Shown: piece by piece, positions 14,939 to 20,000 of the stretch | Layout of the letters: each line of letters starts with the position of its first letter | How positions within the stretch are numbered: the stretch's first letter is position 1 | DNA from: an uncultured virus (IMG/VR IMGVR_UViG_3300010262_000280) | Taxonomy: Duplodnaviria; Heunggongvirae; Uroviricota; Caudoviricetes | Strand: one strand, 5' to 3' | IMG/VR virus record: IMGVR_UViG_3300010262_000280 | Length of the DNA: 20,000 nucleotides | Made by a program: the position numbers and the translations under genes | The notes under the pieces: model-generated | The model's database searches: none | What the model was told of the DNA's origin: nothing | The model's input: the letters and a program-made list of their open reading frames with translations, nothing else

Positions 14939-16102
14939 ATGCCGTTCAACCTGAAGAAACTGTCCGAGCGCCGGGTGGAGCTGATGACTCAGCTGGAGAA
15001 CCTGGTCAAGACCTGTGAGACCGAAACCCGCGCCTTCAACGAGGAGGAGCAGAAGCAGTACAGTGATATTCTGGCCGAGGTGCGCTCCATCGACGCCACG
15101 CTGGACGCTGCGGATCAGGGCGCCGCTCTGCAGAGAGTGGAGCGCCGGGCTGCCGGCGGCCAGAAGGAGAATCCCTCCCAGGAGGAGATGGAGACCCGGG
15201 CCTTTGAGTGCTATATCCGCGGCGTCTCCGCCGATGTGGAGACCAGAGCTGCTGTCAACATGACCGTGGGTGATAACGGCGCCGTAATCCCTACCTCCAT
15301 CGCCAACAAGATCATTGAGATGGTCAAGGAGATCTCTCCCCTGTACCAGCTGGCCACCCACTATGATGTCGGCGGCACGCTGACCATTCCCAGCTACGAT
15401 GAGTCCACCCAGAAGATCACCATGGCCTATGCCACTGAGTTCACGGCTCTGACCTCCAGCTCTGGCAAGTTCACCAGTATTTCTCTGGGCGGCTTCTTGG
15501 CTGGCGCCCTGACCAAGGTGTCCATGTCCCTGGTGAACAACTCCAAGTTCGATATCGTGTCCTATGTCATCCGAAAGATGGCGGAGGCCGTATCCGAGTG
15601 GATCGAGAACGAACTGATCAACGGTACTGACAGCAAAATCGAGGGTCTTTCCAAGATCGAAGCTGTTGTGACAGCTGCGGCCGCCACCGCCGTCACCGCC
15701 GATGAGCTCATCGACCTGCAGGAGAGCATCCCTGACGCCCTCCAAGCCAACTGTATCTGGGTGATGAGCCGGGCCACCCGGAAGGCCATCCGTAAGCTGA
15801 AGGACGCGGATGGGAATTACCTGCTGAACAAGGACCTCACGGCAAAGTGGGGTTACAGCCTGCTTGGCCGCGACGTCTATGTCTCCCAGAGTATGCCCGA
15901 CATGGCCGCCAGCAAGCGGGCGGTGCTCTACCTGGACCCTACCGGCCTTGCGGTGAAGGTCTCTGAGACCCCCAGTGTACAGGTCCTGCGGGAGAAATTC
16001 GCGGATGAGCACGCCGTTGGTGTCATCTGCTGGATGGAGGTAGACTCCAAGGTGGAGAACAAGCAGAAGGTCGCCGTCCTGGCCATGGGCGCTGGCGCTT
16101 GA
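14939..16102 (+). CDS. HK97-fold major capsid protein with an N-terminal coiled-coil (delta-like) domain
   Basis: GAVIPTSIANKII, VSMSLVNNS.FDI, LINGT, KLKDADGNYL, LLGRDV. AAGGAG RBS. Confidence 0.93.
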   Translation: MPFNLKKLSERRVELMTQLENLVKTCETETRAFNEEEQKQYSDILAEVRSIDATLDAADQGAALQRVERRAAGGQKENPSQEEMETRAFECYIRGVSADVETRAAVNMTVGDNGAVIPTSIANKIIEMVKEISPLYQLATHYDVGGTLTIPSYDESTQKITMAYATEFTALTSSSGKFTSISLGGFLAGALTKVSMSLVNNSKFDIVSYVIRKMAEAVSEWIENELINGTDSKIEGLSKIEAVVTAAAATAVTADELIDLQESIPDALQANCIWVMSRATRKAIRKLKDADGNYLLNKDLTAKWGYSLLGRDVYVSQSMPDMAASKRAVLYLDPTGLAVKVSETPSVQVLREKFADEHAVGVICWMEVDSKVENKQKVAVLAMGAGA

Positions 16103-16117
16103 ACAGGGTGATCGGCT

Positions 16118-16297
16118 ATGAAGAACTATCGGGCGGCCGTGAGTTTCGCCGGACAGGTCAGCATGGCGGCCGGTGAGGTCAGGGAGATTCCGGAGGATCT
16201 TGCGGCCCCGCTGTTGCGCTGCGGGTACCTGAAGGAGGCGGATCAGGAGGGCGAAAAGCCCTCCGCCTCCCCCAGTAAACCGGTCCGAAAGAAGTGA
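16118..16297 (+). CDS. Small 59-aa post-capsid protein (MKNYRAAVSFAG...LLRCGYLKE...VRKK), below the ORF-track cutoff
   Basis: AGGGTGA RBS, fills the gap between capsid and connector. Pattern GEV.E.....A..LL..GY and a basic tail are typical of small genes at this position. Confidence 0.75.
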   Translation: MKNYRAAVSFAGQVSMAAGEVREIPEDLAAPLLRCGYLKEADQEGEKPSASPSKPVRKK

Positions 16298-16308
16298 GGT
16301 GAACCGCC

Positions 16309-16659
16309 GTGAAGCCGAGTCAGCTTACGCCCCAGGACGTGGCCGCCTTTGCACGTCTGATCGTGGAAAAGGCCGAGTATGACGAGCTGAGCGACGCCGA
16401 GAAGCAGGGCTGCGCTATGGCGTTGGAAGCCGCCAAGTCCTACGTTGCAGGCTATACTGGCCTGGATATCGAGACGACAGAGTTGGAGGATATAGCTTAT
16501 GCGGTGCTCGTCATTGCAACGGAAATGCTGGATAACCGCCAAATGACGGCCCAGTATACCGGGCAGAATCCCACCGCGATGCAGATTTTGAATATGCATA
16601 GCACCAATCTGCTGCCGACCGTGTCCGACTTGGACACATCCGGGGCTGGGGAGGTGTGA
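16309..16659 (+). CDS. Head-tail connector protein (gp6/gp15-like)
   Basis: AAKSYV.GYTG, AVLVIATEMLDNR, position after capsid, GAGGTGA RBS with GTG start. Confidence 0.85.
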   Translation: MKPSQLTPQDVAAFARLIVEKAEYDELSDAEKQGCAMALEAAKSYVAGYTGLDIETTELEDIAYAVLVIATEMLDNRQMTAQYTGQNPTAMQILNMHSTNLLPTVSDLDTSGAGEV

Positions 16660-16663
16660 GGCA

Positions 16664-17230
16664 ATGGCAGATTACATCGATGCCGGGAAGCTGAATCAGC
16701 CGGTTCAGGTGCTGGAGCTGCGGGAGACCGCGCCCGGCGTATGGGAGTGGGCGCCCGCCCGGCGGACCTGGGCCTCCATCACGTTACAGCCGAAAACCAA
16801 CCTGTTTTCCAAGGTGGGCATCGGGGCCAGGGACGCCGCCGTGATCGTGCGGCGGCAGCCCCTCACCCTCCACCACGCCCTCCGCTGGGGCGATACCCAC
16901 CTGTTTTTGACCTCCATCGTGCCCATGGGCCGCAACCACCTGGAGGTGGACGCGGCGGTGGTCAAGGTAGACACGGTGCGGCAGATGGCGGAGCGGGAGG
17001 CAGTGGTACAGACCTTTCCGGGGGTGCTCACCGAGAAGTATGTCCGGCACGGCCAGGAGTGGCCCATGTCAGTCAACGAGCTGGGGCTGGTTCTGGTGAC
17101 GCCCAAGGCCGTCACCCTCCCGCCCGGCGGGCTCGTAGAGGCTCGTGGGGCGCTGTGGGAGATCCTGGCGCCCCACGAGCTGGATGCATTTAAAAACGAG
17201 TATGAGATCGGAAGGACGGTGGACCTGTGA
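16664..17230 (+). CDS. Head closure / head-tail adaptor protein with an extra C-terminal domain
   Basis: IDAGKLNQPV, W...RTWASI, IVRR motifs and gene order. Confidence 0.7.
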   Translation: MADYIDAGKLNQPVQVLELRETAPGVWEWAPARRTWASITLQPKTNLFSKVGIGARDAAVIVRRQPLTLHHALRWGDTHLFLTSIVPMGRNHLEVDAAVVKVDTVRQMAEREAVVQTFPGVLTEKYVRHGQEWPMSVNELGLVLVTPKAVTLPPGGLVEARGALWEILAPHELDAFKNEYEIGRTVDL

Positions 17231-17766
17231 GCAGCACGGCGCGCATGGACCGGGCGCGGCTGGAGCGGTTCAACCGCTTTTGGGAGGAGCTCCTCCAGGC
17301 AGTGCCGGACGCACGGCGGCAGGCGGTGGAAGAGGCCGGCGCGGCCGTCCAGAGGGAGCTCAACGCGCAAATCGGCGCGGCGGAGCTGGCCGATGGGGCC
17401 AAGGGCACCGTGCGCACCTGGCAGGAGTTGCGGGTGGGCAGCAAGGGCGGCTATGCGGCCCTCTCTCCCGGAAAAGGGACGGCCCAGCCCAGGGTGGAGG
17501 AAACGCAGCATACCTGGAAGGGAAAGCCCGTGTCCAAAAAGCAGGTCACCCGCTGGCTGGAGCGGGGGCACGGCACCCGCAGGCCGGCGGCCGGAAGCAG
17601 CCGGTCGTGGAACCAGGCGGGGCGGGCCGGAGTCACGCGGGCCTCAGCCGCCGGATATGTCAAGGGCCGGCAATTCTATAGCTGGACAAAGGCGAAGGCG
17701 CTGGAGCCCGCGCTGAAAGCGGCGGACCGGGTGCTGAGCCGGATTGCGGATGAGGTGGATTATTGA
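17227..17766 (+). CDS. HK97 gp10-like neck/tail completion protein
   Basis: WLERGH and GYVKGRQF motifs, GTGA overlap with the previous gene, gene order. Confidence 0.7.
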   Translation: MSSTARMDRARLERFNRFWEELLQAVPDARRQAVEEAGAAVQRELNAQIGAAELADGAKGTVRTWQELRVGSKGGYAALSPGKGTAQPRVEETQHTWKGKPVSKKQVTRWLERGHGTRRPAAGSSRSWNQAGRAGVTRASAAGYVKGRQFYSWTKAKALEPALKAADRVLSRIADEVDY

Positions 17767-17767
17767 G

Positions 17768-18229
17768 ATGCTTACAACCAATACGCTGATGAACGCCGTG
17801 GAGGCGGAGCTGAAGCGCCTCTATCCGGGAGAGCCGGTCTACTATGACGAGCTTCCCAAGGACTTCCGGCGGCCCTCCTTTACCCTGGAGTGCCAGAAGG
17901 CGGAGCAATCCGATGTCAACATCGGACTGGTACGCCGCAGCGTGACACTTCTAGTCACTTGCTATGTGGAGGCGGACGCCTACCATGACAGCAGCCGGAA
18001 GGCGCTGAACCAGCGGCAGGACACAGTGATGGGCCTGTTTGCCCAAGGTTTTTTCCAGGTGGAGGACCGGGCCCTGACGGTGCAGGCAAACCGTGGACTT
18101 GGGAACCCGGACTTTGCCGAGGTGAGCGCCGTATTCCAGTGGGTGGATGCCCGGCCGGGCTATCAGGACCCGGAGGCGGCGGACACCCCAAAGATGGAGC
18201 ACTTTGCAATCGAACGAACTGCGCTTTGA
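17768..18229 (+). CDS. Putative tail terminator protein
   Basis: LKRLYP...VY.DE...DFRRPSF motif, immediately upstream of the sheath. ATG at 17768 after GAGGTG. Confidence 0.65.
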   Translation: MLTTNTLMNAVEAELKRLYPGEPVYYDELPKDFRRPSFTLECQKAEQSDVNIGLVRRSVTLLVTCYVEADAYHDSSRKALNQRQDTVMGLFAQGFFQVEDRALTVQANRGLGNPDFAEVSAVFQWVDARPGYQDPEAADTPKMEHFAIERTAL

Positions 18230-18248
18230 CGCAAGAGAGGATGATACG

Positions 18249-19352
18249 ATGGCGACGACAATCGGGCTGCCCAGCCTGACGATTACCTTCCAGGCGGCCG
18301 CCCAGCAGGCGGCCAACCGGAGCAAGAAGGGCTATGTGGGCGTATTTGTACGGGATGCCAAGGCCCAGGGCGTCCACCAGCTTTCCAGCGCGGCGCTGAT
18401 CCCCACTGAGCTGGGGCAGGAAAACCAGAATTACATCAGGAGGGCGTTCACCGGCAGCGACCGGGGCGGCCCCAGCAAGGTGGTGGCGGTGGTCATCGCC
18501 ACGGGCACGGAGGACACCACCGCCCTGGAGGCGGGCCTCAAGAGCATTGAGGGGCTGACGCTGGACTACCTGGCCGGGCCGCCCGACGCGACGGCCGCCG
18601 AGCTGACGGCGCTGGAGAAGTGGGTCAAGGACCGGAGGGCGGCCTACTTCACCGAGAAGCTGGTGGAGCCCAACGCCGCCAAGGCCCCGGACGACATGGG
18701 GATTATCGACTTCGCCGAGACCGACGGGGCCATTGCGGAGGGGGCGGCCACCTACACCGCGGGGCAGTACGCCAGCCGGATCGCGGGTGTGCTGGCGGGC
18801 ATCCCCGCGGGCATGTCGGCCACCTACGCCCCCCTGACGGAGCTGACCGCCGTGACGCCCCGCTCCACACAGGAACAGGAGGCGGCCATCAAAGCGGGCA
18901 AGCTCATCCTGATCCACGACGGCATCAAGGCCAAGATCGCCCGGGGCGTCAACTCCCTGACCACCATCCCCGCCGCGGGGAAGGCGGACTGGAGCAAGAT
19001 CAAGATCGTGGAGGGGATGGATCTCCTCACCTACTATCTGCGCACCACCATCCAGGACGAGTATGTGGGCCGGTACGCCAACACCTACGACAACAAGTGC
19101 GTCCTGGTGACCGCCATCCAGACCTTCCTGGCCGAGCTGGAGGGCCAGGGGGTGCTCTCCTCCGGGGAGAGCTGGGCGGAGCTCGACGCGGAGGCCCAGG
19201 AGAAGTGGATGCGCTCCCAGGGCATTGAGACGGCGGATATGACCGCGCAGGAGATCAAGGAGTATCAGACCGGGAGCTGGGTCTTTGTCCGGGTGGGCGG
19301 CCGCTTCGTCGACGCCATGGAGGACTTCCAGCTCTCCGTGGACAACCTGTAA
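18249..19352 (+). CDS. Contractile tail sheath protein (XkdK-like)
   Basis: GLPSLTITF, SRIAGVLAG, SATY..L, KIARGVNS, KIKIVEGMD, YVGRYANTYDNK, DAMED. GAGAGGA RBS before ATG 18249. Confidence 0.9.
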   Translation: MATTIGLPSLTITFQAAAQQAANRSKKGYVGVFVRDAKAQGVHQLSSAALIPTELGQENQNYIRRAFTGSDRGGPSKVVAVVIATGTEDTTALEAGLKSIEGLTLDYLAGPPDATAAELTALEKWVKDRRAAYFTEKLVEPNAAKAPDDMGIIDFAETDGAIAEGAATYTAGQYASRIAGVLAGIPAGMSATYAPLTELTAVTPRSTQEQEAAIKAGKLILIHDGIKAKIARGVNSLTTIPAAGKADWSKIKIVEGMDLLTYYLRTTIQDEYVGRYANTYDNKCVLVTAIQTFLAELEGQGVLSSGESWAELDAEAQEKWMRSQGIETADMTAQEIKEYQTGSWVFVRVGGRFVDAMEDFQLSVDNL

Positions 19353-19364
19353 GGAGGGATAGAC

Positions 19365-19805
19365 ATGGCAAGAACCATTGACAGCGCCAGGCGGGTCATT
19401 TCGGGCACCTGGGGCGAGCTGTGGATCGACGGGGAGAAGGTGGCGGAGGTTTCCGCCTGCCAGGCCAAGGTGGCGCTGAACAAGGAGACCGTCAACCTGT
19501 GCGGCCGGTTCATGACCACCCACAAGGCCATGAACGCCAGCGGCACCGGGAGCCTGACGCTGCACAAGGTGGACTCCGGCTTCGCCCAGAGGATGGAGGG
19601 CATCAAGCGCGGCGTGGACCGGCGCTTCACGGTGATCTCCAAGCTGCGGGACCCGGACAGCTACGGCGCGGAGCGGGTGGCCCTCTATGATGTCAGCTTC
19701 GACGACCTGACCCTGGCCGACTGGCAGGCCACCGCCGTGGGCTCGGTGACCGCCCCCTTCACCTTCAGCGACTATGAGTATCTGGACCAGATCGAGGTGC
19801 AGTGA
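19365..19805 (+). CDS. Tail tube protein (XkdM-like)
   Basis: RVISGTWGELWIDG, GTGSLTLHKVDS, ISKL.DPDSYGAERV, PFTFSDY. AAGGAGG RBS, follows the sheath. Confidence 0.9.
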   Translation: MARTIDSARRVISGTWGELWIDGEKVAEVSACQAKVALNKETVNLCGRFMTTHKAMNASGTGSLTLHKVDSGFAQRMEGIKRGVDRRFTVISKLRDPDSYGAERVALYDVSFDDLTLADWQATAVGSVTAPFTFSDYEYLDQIEVQ

Positions 19806-19844
19806 GAAGCGCGGAGGGTAGGCGCACAGGGGAGCTAAGAGGAC

Positions 19845-20000
19845 ATGGAGACGAAAAAACAGGCGACGGGCGCAGCCCGGAGCGCCGCAGCGTTAAGCCA
19901 AAGCGCCAGCGGCGCTTTGGCAGCGGAGGCCGCAGCGGCTATGCCGCGAGGAGGGAACCCGGCTAGAACGGCGGGCGGCCACAAGGGCCGCCCCTACGGC
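19845..20000 (+). CDS. 5' part of the next gene (position of a tail assembly chaperone), truncated by the window edge
   Basis: ATG at 19845 with upstream GGAG/AGAGG, 52 open codons (METKKQATGAARS...GHKGRPYG). Product inferred from position only. Confidence 0.45.
   Translation, partial: METKKQATGAARSAAALSQSASGALAAEAAAAMPRGGNPARTAGGHKGRPYG
19973..19997 (-). repeat. GTAG-type REP-like palindrome
   Basis: Minus strand reads GTAG-GGGCGGCC-CTTGT-GGCCGCCC: a GTAG tetranucleotide directly abutting a perfect 8-bp GC stem. Confidence 0.65.

Larger units (their letters stand above)
1..20000 (+). mobile_element. Temperate phage/prophage segment (HK97-type head, contractile tail)
   Basis: Continuous co-oriented replication, late regulator, packaging, head and tail modules. 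No integrase or att site is in the window, so 'temperate' is inferred from gene content. Confidence 0.93.

Noticed and set aside
14912..19565. Long minus-strand ORFs (366 aa, 288 aa, 536 aa)
   Set aside because: They lie opposite clearly identified capsid, neck and sheath genes and have shadow-ORF composition.
1..20000. Stop-codon recoding, introns or inteins
   Set aside because: TAA, TAG and TGA all end genes at sensible boundaries, and the conserved genes are uninterrupted and of expected size.

Overview
The window is the middle of a GC-rich temperate phage or prophage, with every supported protein-coding gene on the + strand. The gene style suggests a gut Clostridia/Oscillospiraceae-type host (inference). 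From 1 to ~8.3 kb lies an early/replication module: small unknown genes, an S24/LexA-peptidase-like protein, an SMC/Rad50-like ATPase, a Sak4-like recombinase, a DUF669-type SSB, an SF2 helicase, a primase-helicase and an origin-like repeat/hairpin region. From ~8.3 to 10.2 kb are RusA, a string of small accessory genes and a RinA/ArpU-like late activator. A structured non-coding leader follows (10.2-10.45 kb). Next come HNH, TerS, TerL, an HK97-type portal/protease/capsid, head-tail joining genes, and a contractile tail (sheath and tube), so the phage is myovirus-like. The most unusual signals are two tandem ~60-nt tRNA-like elements plus a possible pseudoknot in front of the packaging genes, an S24-like peptidase with Cys at the catalytic Ser position, a self-contained antisense promoter/terminator cassette at the left edge, a shared C-terminal W-x-A-G-x-F tail on two replication proteins, an apparent ATA start for the portal, and REP-like palindromes inside the last ORF. 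All family assignments come from motif recognition and gene order by eye, not from database searches.
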